Shown here: in pieces, positions 25,771-36,220 of the stretch
Position numbering within the stretch: position 1 is the first letter of the stretch
How the letters are laid out: every line of letters starts with the position of its first letter
Source of the DNA: Ylistrum balloti
Lineage: Eukaryota
NCBI RefSeq assembly: GCF_031769215.1
Contig: NW_026781957.1
Coordinates: 496,001 to 560,000 of the forward strand
Length of the DNA stretch: 64,000 bases
Direction: 5' to 3'
The notes under the pieces: generated by a model
Seen by the model: the letters and a program-made list of their open reading frames with translations, nothing else
Told to the model about the DNA's origin: nothing
The model's database searches: none
Position numbers and translations under genes: made by a program

Positions 25771-26316
25771 GAAATGATTCGACAGGGCAAAAGGATCGCT
25801 CCGTCTTTATACGGTACACACTTCCATTCAAACCATTTCGTTTTTATAGAAAACATTTTCTGTTCCGTNNNNNNNNNNNNNNNNNNNNNNNNNNNNNNNN
25901 NNNNNNNNNNNNNNNNNNNNNNNNNNNNNNNNNNNNNNNNNNNNNNNNNNNNNNNNNNNNNNNNNNNNNNNNNNNNNNNNNNNNNNNNNNNNNNNNNNNN
26001 NNNNNNNNNNNNNNNNNNNNNNNNNNNNNNNAGAGAATGTTAATTAAGTGTAGTGTACATGCGATCCATCATGTCTTTATGGAGGTTATAGTCCCTTTGT
26101 TACACAGCTATAAATAAACTCATTCAGAATAAGTCTTCGCCATAAGTAACGCATGATAATACGGGTCGCCCTTTGACACTTTTATCCTGGTTCTACATCG
26201 TGACATAAAAGTCGATTTACTAGTCTAAGATAAAAACCGCTCCCTCACTCAAAAACAAAAACGCAGTGTAGACCCCACCAAGATCGTCTACAATATAATT
26301 AAAGTAATTGTCATAC

Positions 26317-26422
26317 CATCGTCGTCGTCGTCGTCATCGAAGTGATGTTGAGGGGATCCTCCTCGCTTCTGTACCTCCGTTGAATCATCGTATATCGATA
26401 AGTTGTAGCCGGCGTGTACCAT
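26317..26422 (-). CDS. Small two-TM protein, coding exon 1 of 3 (start codon tentative)
   Basis: ATG at 26422, encoding MVHAGYNLSIYDDSTEVQKRGGSPQHHFDDDDDDD, then donor G|gtatga (phase 1). The same acidic frame stays open ~20 codons further upstream (…DEEDQTGQDPLE), so the true start may be earlier. Confidence 0.6.
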
Positions 26423-26499
26423 TTCCAGCGGGTCCTGTCCTGTCTGGTCCTCCTCATCAGGCGGAGACCCGTCACAATGGCTACTTTAAAGCCCTAAAA

Positions 26500-26720
26500 C
26501 ACACGGGTATTTCCAAATCCAATGTGTCCTGCTTTCGTTTTATGACCTATTTCGTCAACTTCACAGAAATTTCCTATCCCGTAACTGAATCCGACATCGT
26601 GACAGGCCCGTGTGTATTGATCTAATTCTATAACACAACACACTTTAAAATCAACTCTCGGGCTCTATCTACCTGTATCTACACACAGGTAAAATTCAAT
26701 AGTCTTCCGGAACCTCTCGG
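26500..26720. promoter_or_regulatory. Candidate bidirectional promoter between the small TM gene (-) and the GH31 gene (+)
   Basis: The genes are head-to-head. A + strand donor ACAG|GTAAAA at 26688/26689 could end a non-coding first exon that splices to the acceptor ttttag| at 28197 just before the GH31 ATG. ETS-like TTCCGG near 26705. Inference. Confidence 0.3.
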
Positions 26721-28238
26721 CTATGTATATAGCTTTGCACCTTGACAACGCACAAACAAGCTTAGTCGGTGATTTGTAAGGTTTACAAGTTCCTTTTAAA
26801 TTCACTCGACGATAAAGCTGCCCGAGGCTAGATACGTAATAGTGTAATAAACACCCAATGTATTGTTTTCATTGTGAGATGACAGTCGTTACTCCAATTA
26901 GACTGGCGATGATGTCATATGATTAAACAAAATGTAAGAGACCAACATAAGTATTGTGTAAAATAAAAATATCCCACGGGCGTGTACAGATTCAGTGAAG
27001 TCTCGGAAAATTCTCCTTAATGACGATCTCCTTTCACTCAAATTTTCCTTAAATTGATCGCGCAAACACTACCACTCGACCGAAACGGGTAGCGGAGTGC
27101 TGCAAGCACAAACCAATCATATGCTCCAATTTCAGTGAAATTGTTAGTCGCACCTGGTGTCGCAATCATAACTTGAATTACCTATAATGACAATGCTAAC
27201 CAGTAATGACGTACAACTTATCACAGTTTGTTCTTGTCGTTTGAATCCAGTTATTAAAAAATCGAGCCTCACACAAAACAAGCAGATATATACTTACTCC
27301 GAATACGGATTAAGAAAGACATAAGACATCTTTATGACTTTACACCACATGCATTATTATGGTTAATTTCTAGACTGACACGAGTGAAATTGATAACAAT
27401 TTTTTATGTGAAAAGTAGCGAAAATTCTTCGATCATTTTTCCTTGTAACTAAGACGAATTTCATTTTTACACTACTGAGACAATCATATCACAAAAATGT
27501 GCTACCCTTGATGAGAAGTATCTAGTGATAAACACCCTTGGCTAGGTAACTATATATATTTAGTGTAAATCCTTGTATTCACAGCAACAATTATGACCTA
27601 GTCGATCCTTTATTAAAAAGAACAACGAATCGACTGTGTACACATTAACACACACCAACAGCAGGACCGGAACCTCTAAATCATATCACCAAATTACTGA
27701 CGCAGATTGACACAAGGGGAGATCACTTTCCCTACACATGACGGTTTTCTCACATTATCTGTTATCATAGATACATACACGTATGTAACAGTATTATCGA
27801 AGTGTTTAAATTGCTTTATAGAGTAAATTATCGAAATCAATTCACCCATACAGTTATTTGTACATACACAATATAATAAGACAAGATTATTAAATTGAAA
27901 AAGAAATGCACATCTGTAGCATACAGAAATTTGAGTTTTATATGATAGCTACGTCACAAATCACGTGTAACAACCTTGAAATATAACATAAACTTTCGAC
28001 ATACAAATATTAAGGAAAGGAAATGTGCTTGCCAATAACATGCACTTTCTTCTTAAACATAGCGCAATTGATATACCCTGCAATGAAGATCTTATGTCAA
28101 AATTCTTAATGGAAATTCTAACTCGTTATTCCAAATCATTTTATCTCATACAGACTCAATCACTCTGATATAATTGTATGCTTTTTGCTATTTTTAGATA
28201 CATCGTTGACATGAAACTCATCTGAGTCTGCATGCGGT

Positions 28239-29537
28239 ATGGAGAACGACACAGCCGGAAACGCGGTGTCTGTAAAAGACGAAATTTCTTATGAAAACGA
28301 ATCAATTTCAAACGTTAAACCGCGAAAACGAGAGACAGCAAGTTCACAAGAAGGAATCGGTTATGAACATCACGGTCCAAGATATCAGAGAAGAATTTCT
28401 CAGCCAGAACGTAAAGTCAGCTTCCAACTGGATATAAACAACATTCCATCACACGCTGACCTGTATGATGACACCTGTCCAACCCGTAGTCCAAGGGTGA
28501 GTTTCTCAGGAAGAGAAGGTGATGGTAACCATATTCCGAATGAAAGAAAAGCGAAAGAGAGTCGGTCACCCCAGAGAAGTCCGAAAGTCAGTTTTTCACT
28601 GGGATCCGGCGAAGGAAACCCAATACCAAACAGTCGCACAGGAAAGAAAACAAACGACAGTAAATCTCCAAGAGTAAGTTTTTCTCTTGGACCTGGCGAG
28701 GGAAACCCCATCCCAAACGAACGTACAAATAAAAATTCTACAAAAGAAAGCAAACCATCACAGAGAAGTCCTAAAGCCAACCTTACTATCAACACAAGCC
28801 TAGCTCCAGATGAACAAAATGCATCCTCTCCGTCTTCTTCTTCTTCGGAAGAAACAGATAGACCCCGTCGGCCCAGTCGTCAAAGACGATCAGGAGTAGT
28901 CAATAGTCCGGATATAGGTCGGGTGTCGTCAGCTGTATTCTTGGATAACCTTCCTTCCACCCAACCGAAAGAACAAGACGACCAGTCATCATCAACAATA
29001 TCAGACAGTGTGAATACAGACATCACCTCGACAACGAGAGCGAACTGCGAGGAAGATCTCGGTCAGGTAAACTGTGGGTATGAAAGCGATGAAATCCTGG
29101 ATAACATCGCCCTCAAAGTCGAGAGCATCATACAAGATGCCCAGACTAGCGAAATGAAGAATGGTTATTATCATGGCGGCGTCGATAGCAAGGACGGCGG
29201 ACCCGAAGGCGACAACTACGAAGATGAAGACGATGAAGACGACCAGGGTTTGACATTTGACCTCCCACCAAAGGACACACTAGAAAACACCAAATATGAG
29301 ACACCGGTGAAAAAAGAAAGCAAAAATATAGATTTTGGTACACCGCTCTCAATAATGAAACATAAAAAATCGTCATTTGCTGATAGTAATTACTCCGACG
29401 ATTCTACCTCCCCAGGAAGGAGTTCCCTCGCGCGTCACTTAAGGAAAGACTCTATAGCTTTGACAAGTGAGAAGATGGGTCAGATTCGAGATTTACAGAG
29501 ACACTATAAGATGATGAAGAAGAACAATATGCCCAGT
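28239..29537 (+). CDS. MYORG-like: MYORG-family GH31 type II membrane protein, coding exon 1 (433-aa disordered cytosolic N-terminus)
   Basis: An in-frame TGA at 28212 fixes the ATG at 28239. Ser/Arg/acidic low-complexity sequence. Donor AGT|gtaagt at 29537/29538 (phase 0) matches the phase-0 acceptor at 29811/29812. Confidence 0.8.
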
Positions 29538-29811
29538 GTAAGTATTTTTCAACTCCACTACAACGTTGATATATATCAACATGCTTGCATTCACGAGACA
29601 ATTAACCGTATTGTTACCGTTAATTAATTACTGATACTTCAAAACTTGGTTTAGAAAATTCAAAAGAATATTATTCGGGGAAAACTTAAAATTTCGACGT
29701 ACATGTATTGGATCTAACAATATTCTAAATGATTACATTGATACAAATAAACAATTATTAAAAACTGATAATCTTATCAAATGAATGATAAAGAATTCTA
29801 TAACTTTCCAG

Positions 29812-31833
29812 TTTTGGAAGAGGAAGACGGCGTCCCTTAAGAAGTACCAGTTACATGTCGCAGTGGCCACCATGTTCATGTTTGTCGTGACCATCGTCGC
29901 TATAGGCTGGCACTTCCATGATCAGTTCCATGAAATATGGAATGCCAACCAGCGAGTCTTCTTCCAGCCGTCTAGTCGAGTTCTTACTCTGAGAGACCCT
30001 GATGATAACAAAATAATGGCGAATCTCGGTGTCAGCATACCCATCTGGCTTCTGCCTTCACACTGCGCAAATGAAAAAGAAACAGGATCGTTCACCTGTC
30101 TAAAATGGAAGAATAATGCGGTATTAAGGATCCGCCACTTCGGATCCAAAAATGTAAATTGTTATAATATAACCTGGGAAGTCCTTCGCGAGGATCTTTT
30201 TCCAGAGGACTGTTTTGTTATAGGTACCAATGTATGGTTCGGACCGTCTAACACATCAAATGCTCTGTGGTCGTTGGACAAAGTTAACTTCACATTTACA
30301 GCTGCAGAGACAGATTTTTATCCAGCCGGGACGTTTAGTTCGGCAATGGAACGGTACTGGATATCCTCGGGAGGAGGTTCCATCTATGTGCATAATGAAG
30401 ATCCGGTGTCTGTCAAATGGAATCTCAAGAATGACAACAAAATATGCTTGGTTGGGAATAACAATGGCAGCTTTTACGGACAGAAGAGAACTAGGGGAAC
30501 AGATCTGAACTATACCGTTTGTCACGGCACAAATCCGGTCACTACACATAAATTCGTACGAAAGTTGTTACCCAAAGGACCAAACAACCTGCCATCCTGG
30601 CGTAGCTTAAAATATCCGGTTTGGTCCACGTTCGGCGTAGCACAATCTTACGACATCACTGACAATGATATTTATGGTTTAGCAAAAGAAATTAACGAAA
30701 GAAACTTGAATTGCAGTTTTATTGAAATTGATGGAAAATGGGAACAACATTTCGGGGATTTAGACTTTGATTCAAAAAGATTTCCTAACATAACAGCTGT
30801 TGTAAAATATGTGAAATCATTAGGTTATTCCCTCTCAGTTGAGGTCAGTCCGTATTTTGGCTATAAATCTATCAATTTTGACGAAGGGATAGATGACGGG
30901 AACTTCATCCTTGATGCAGGAAGAAAAGTTCCAGCGTTCCTTCCCATGCAGAACAGTATTTATGCAATGCTGGACATCACCAACCCATCAGCAGAATCAT
31001 GGATGAAAATGAAAATGATAAGACTTTCTTCTACATACAAGATCACAGCATTCCACATATTTTACCGCAATCGATCATGGATGCCATTTAGTCCATCTTT
31101 CCATGCAGCGGAAGTAACACCAAGTATGATCAGAAACCTTTTTGCAGAACTTGTGACGTCATTTAATGAAGTGGATGCAGATATTGTCGAAGGAACATCG
31201 GGATCACAAAATCAAGTTTCTTTTATAAATATCCCAACCAAGGTAAGCATTCAGTCCGAGGGCGAGTGTATTACTGGTGTCATAGAAACGGCCTTGACTC
31301 TGGGAATTATGGGATATCCATTTGTGATCGTTGACGGAATGTTTGTACAGGAGCCAAATGCAGGTCTTGAAGAGTTCGACTTGCCCAATCGACAGCTGTA
31401 CATTCGATGGATGCAAATGGCGTCCTTCTTTCCGGCAATGAAATTCGCAGTGCCGCCATGGTCTTTTGATGACGAGTGTGTAGAATTAGCGCGGAACGCA
31501 TCAGCACTACACCAGGAATACACTGTCAAAATCATTAACGAAATTCAAAAGGAAATAAAAAATGGAGACCCAATCATTCGACCAATATGGTGGACTGCTC
31601 CATCTGATGAAGAAGCACACAGGGCCAAGAACGAGTTCATGATCGGCGATTCCCTCTTGGTTGCCCCAGTGGTATGTGATCACGTCACGGAACGCCATAT
31701 CTACCTTCCGGAGGGCTTCTGGACCGATATGTTAACGGGAGATTTTATCTACGGGGAGAGATGGCTACTTAACTATGAAGTAAAGATAAACCAAATACCA
31801 CACTTTAAAAGGAAAACTGTCATAGGACACTAG
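29812..31833 (+). CDS. MYORG-like: MYORG-family GH31 type II membrane protein, coding exon 2 (TM plus GH31 domains); apparently catalytically inactive
   Basis: Acceptor ttccag|. TM LHVAVATMFMFVVTIVAIGW. GH31/MYORG motifs: WFGP, ERYWISSGG, PVWSTF, IEIDGKW..FGDLDFD..RFP, LGIMGYPF, YIRWMQMASFFPAMKF..PPW, PIIRPIWW, EFMIGD.LLVAPV, IYLP.G.W. Whole protein ~1106 aa. Confidence 0.93.
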   Translation, partial: FWKRKTASLKKYQLHVAVATMFMFVVTIVAIGWHFHDQFHEIWNANQRVFFQPSSRVLTLRDPDDNKIMANLGVSIPIWLLPSHCANEKETGSFTCLKWKNNAVLRIRHFGSKNVNCYNITWEVLREDLFPEDCFVIGTNVWFGPSNTSNALWSLDKVNFTFTAAETDFYPAGTFSSAMERYWISSGGGSIYVHNEDPVSVKWNLKNDNKICLVGNNNGSFYGQKRTRGTDLNYTVCHGTNPVTTHKFVRKLLPKGPNNLPSWRSLKYPVWSTFGVAQSYDITDNDIYGLAKEINERNLNCSFIEIDGKWEQHFGDLDFDSKRFPNITAVVKYVKSLGYSLSVEVSPYFGYKSINFDEGIDDGNFILDAGRKVPAFLPMQNSIYAMLDITNPSAESWMKMKMIRLSSTYKITAFHIFYRNRSWMPFSPSFHAAEVTPSMIRNLFAELVTSFNEVDADIVEGTSGSQNQVSFINIPTKVSIQSEGECITGVIETALTLGIMGYPFVIVDGMFVQEPNAGLEEFDLPNRQLYIRWMQMASFFPAMKFAVPPWSFDDECVELARNASALHQEYTVKIINEIQKEIKNGDPIIRPIWWTAPSDEEAHRAKNEFMIGDSLLVAPVVCDHVTERHIYLPEGFWTDMLTGDFIYGERWLLNYEVKINQIPHFKRKTVIGH

Positions 31834-32086
31834 TAAGATCAAACATACCTTGTCAGTGTTTTGACTTCAGGATAATTTCAGACCTTGATTATTCATCACT
31901 GCATTCGTTGTTTGGAGATTTGTCAGCCTTTACGAGTAGGAAGTCACGTAGTGGGCATGGGTGATAAATCTTACTGTGAAACGAACTGGTGTTGGTGTGT
32001 TTGCAACAAGGAGTAAACCACACCCTTATCACATACATGCAATGAAAGTTGAACGTTGAATAATGTATTGTTCTCTTATATAATGT

Positions 32087-32158
32087 ACCCCCGCTATGGT
32101 TCGAACCAAGGACCTCTGATTTACTGGTCTTACATTTAACTACTAGAACTAAATAGAA
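32087..32158 (-). mobile_element. tRNA-derived SINE head or tRNA pseudogene remnant
   Basis: Minus strand reads TAGTTCTAGTAGTTAA (A-box-like) … AGAGGTCCTTGGTTCGAACC (B box/T-arm, 32098-32107). No intact acceptor stem seen. Confidence 0.5.
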
Positions 32159-33454
32159 GTTTTATGTATTTGTGACTAGTATTTACCCGATCTATATTCT
32201 CCCACTCCAGAAAAGACCTCTTTCCCAAGTTTTCCAGGAGTTTCAGCGTGTGCTTGTGAAAGTAATGCTTCAGGAGTACTGACTGGGTTTCTGGTTTCAC
32301 GCTCATCACATCCAGCAGGAAGCGATATCATGTAGGCAGTGAAAATTTTGATCATTTCTTGAAGTCGCTCCAAAACGCCACTTCCAAACAGAAACCCTCA
32401 AGGAGCAGGGTTGAAAACCTAAGAACATGTACATTGTTTGTTATATCTTTTTACAAGGACAAATTTCATGATGTATGTTTGAAAAAATGACATTTCTAAA
32501 CTGCTTAGTGTGCCACACGTTCGCAGAAGAACGGAGGGACTTGTCAAGTCACTGAAATGTATCTTGTGTAAGGTTTTTGTTATAAGCAAGTCATTCTTAA
32601 TGAATTGAATATTTTGTTAAACCGGACTTTTGACGGAAAACAGTTGTTGTAAGTGCTATTAAAGTTTTCGAGATTTAAAACGTCACTACATTGTAGTTAA
32701 GTTCTGGTTACTGCGTGCGAGTCTGAGCGATTGTACGAACACGTGGTCGATGTAGAACAAAACAGATTCTTCGCCTAATATGATCCGTTTATTTCATACT
32801 GTATTCGGATATTTCCTTACAGAGCAAAGTATCAAAGATGTATTGAGATTTTACAGATAGTTATATTAACATGACTTACCAACCCTACAGCTCCTGTATC
32901 AACATGGACGCCCACACAGCTATTGTAATAAAACCACACAAGTTATCTCCCTTTCAATGTAAGCCAACACCTTCGTCATCAACCAACTATCGATGTAAAC
33001 GTCAAGTTGTTATATTTGATCATACTCTTGTTTAGACGTTTATGAAAGTGTTTAAACATCTTCAAATGTGTTTTTAGTTGTGTTGATATCATTGGTTTTT
33101 TCTGTATCAATGACTTAGCATTTCAATGATTGGAAAAATTCACATTGATATAAGTATAAAACCATATTTCCAATTAAATGTCCGGAAATGGGACACGTAG
33201 AGGTTAACTATAATTGAGGGCATGGCATGTAGCATGGTCTGAACCACTTATTAAACATCGAGTTCACCTTTTTCTAAGTACATTTCTCATCTTAAAGTCA
33301 TCATCTGTCATTTGTATGATTTTATCAATTTTCATTTGTTGATATTTACCCTAAAATTCAAAGTGAAGAAATTGAATAAAAATTCAACTACAGAAATAAA
33401 TTGTGTTTGAAGTGTTTATCTGATTTCTAATGGTTATCGGAGTATTGGAAAATG

Positions 33455-34000
33455 AGACCATTTCTGATAACGTTTACGAGAAAGAGTGGCTCTTAGTGAG
33501 AAAATAACCTTGTTATCTAACTAGTTATATAACCTGTTTATTTGGCTTCATTTCTGATAACGTTTACGAGAAAGAGTGTCTCTTAGTGAGAAAATAACCC
33601 TGTTATCTAACTAGTTATATAACCTGTTTATTTGGCTTCATTTCTGATAACGTTTACGAGAAAGAGTGGCTCTGAAAATAACCCTGTTATCTAACTAGTT
33701 ATATAACCTGTTTATTTGGCTTCATTTCTGATAACGTTTACGAGAAAGAGTGGCTCTTAGTGAGAAAATAACCCTGTTATCTAACTAGTTATATAACCTG
33801 TTTATTTGGCTTCATTTCTGATAACGTTTACGAGAAAGAGTGGCTCTTAGTGAGAAAATAACCCTGTTATCTAACTAGTTATATAACCTGTTTATTTGGC
33901 TTCATTTCTGATAACGTTTACGAGAAAGAGTGGCTCTTAGTGAGAAAATAACCCTGTTATCTAACTAGTTATATAACCTGTTTATCTGGCTTCAGATAAC
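33455..34000. repeat. 90-bp tandem repeat, ~6 copies
   Basis: TTTCTGATAACGTTTACGAG at 33461 and 33551. Contains palindromic TAACTAGTTA. One copy has a ~10-bp deletion. Confidence 0.94.
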
Positions 34001-34764
34001 TGTTTTCTCTAACACTAATTAGTGAATGTTTATATCCTCAATATCACACCCTCTACCGTGTGATGTTTAGAAAGAACTTTGATGTACGGTTGCAAAAATC
34101 ATTGCAAGCTACCAAACATATACAATCAAGATAGAGAGACAAAGTTAATGCACTTGATCAACTGACCCTCGGCATTAGTGACCAAACAAGTATGTTGATC
34201 AACTGACCCTCGGCATTAGTGGCCAAACAAGTATGCATTCCCATGAGGAGCCTGCAAATATTATATTAACTTGTGTGTCTTTTGAACCATCGCTGGATTG
34301 AAATCCTGACATACTTTTTTTTATATTTTAATGGTACAAGTTCATTATATTAAACTACTACAAATTACAAAACACTTGTCTAACAATAATATTTTTACTT
34401 GCATAAAATGTATACACAATAGTATGGTATATATATAAGTCATAGGTAATAAAATATACATGATTGACTGCACATGGCACTTTGTGCTGTTCAGTGTCTA
34501 CATCACAGACAGATTTAATATCAACTCTCGTTGAGACTATTATTTACACAAGAAAATACAAGTGTGAGTATTGAATGTTAACTGTTTACCAGCTATTTGC
34601 TATCTTTAAATCTTGTGCTCTAAGTAATCCGACAAAATAAACACATGTTTGATTTTTAGTGGTTAAAGGGAAAAGGTGGATTGGATATATAGGCCATGTT
34701 TGATAAAGCAATACACACATGTATAAGGTTAGTGAACTACTATGTATAGATTCCAGTGTATAAT

Positions 34765-36220
34765 TCAACACGTTATGGTTCAGTGAACACAACATAGCAT
34801 ACTCAAATATAACATAACATACACAATTATAACGTTACACTCTGCAGATCAACACATTATGGTTCAGTGAACACAACCTAACATACTCAAATTATGACGT
34901 TTCACTCTACAGATCAACACATTATGGTTCAGTGAACACAACCTAACATACTCAATTATAACGTTTCACTCTACAGATTAACACATTATGGTTCAGTGAA
35001 CACAACCTAACATACTCAATTATAACGTTTCACTCTACAGATCAACACATCATGGTTCAATGAACACAACATAACATACTCAAACATAACCTTACATACT
35101 CAAACACAACCTTACATACTCAGACACAACCTAACATACTCAAACACAACCTTACACACTCAAATATAACCTTACACACTCAAATATAACCTTACATACC
35201 CAGACACAACCTAACATACTCAAACACAACCTTACACACTCAAATATAACCTTACACACTCAAATATAACCTAACATACTCAAACACAACCTTACACACT
35301 CAAATATAACCTTACACACTCAAATATAACCTTACACACTCAAAAATAACCTTACATACTCAAACACAACCTTACACACTCAAATATAACCTTACACACT
35401 CAAATATAACCTTACATACTCAAACACAACCTAACATACTCAAACACAACCTTACACACTCAAATATAACCTTACATACTCAGACACAACCTAACATACT
35501 CAAACACAACCTAACATACTCAAACACAACCTTACACACTCAAATATAACCTTACATACTCAAACACAACCTTACACACTCAAATATAACCTTACATACT
35601 CAAACACAACCTTACACACTCAAATATAACCTTACACACTCAAATATAACCTTACATACTCAAACACAACCTTATATACTCAAACACAACCTAACATACT
35701 CAAACACAACCTAACATACTCAAACATAACCTAACACACTCAGACACAACCTTACATACCCAGACATAACCTTACACACTCAAATACAACCTTACATACT
35801 CAAACACAACCTACCATACTCAAACACAACCTTATATACTCAAACACAACCTACCATACTCAAACACAACCTTATATACTCAAACACAACCTAACATACT
35901 CAAACACAACCTAACATACTCAAACACAACCTAACATACTCAAACATAACCTTATATACTCAAACACAACCTTATATACTCAAACACAACCTACCATACT
36001 CAAACACAACCTTATATACTCAAACACAACCTAACATACTCAAACACAACCTTATATACTCAAACATAACCTTATATACTCAAACATAACCTTATATACT
36101 CAAATATAACCTTACATACCCAGACACAACCTAACATACTCAAACATAACCTTATATACTCAAACATAACCTTATATACTCAAAATTAAGTTTTGTTCTG
36201 CAGATTGACACATTATGGTT
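34765..36220. repeat. Compound array: ~62-bp units flanking a 20-bp minisatellite (~55 copies)
   Basis: AACACATTATGGTTCAGTGAACACAACCTAACATACTCAA… units (34765-35070), then CAAACACAACCTTACATACT x~55 (35070-36180), then a remnant of the long unit. Confidence 0.93.

Noticed and set aside
28400-31698. Short antisense or alternate-frame ORFs over the GH31 gene (likewise over the receptor exons and the 57.4-58.4 kb ORF)
   Set aside because: Shadows of real coding sequence, without independent features.
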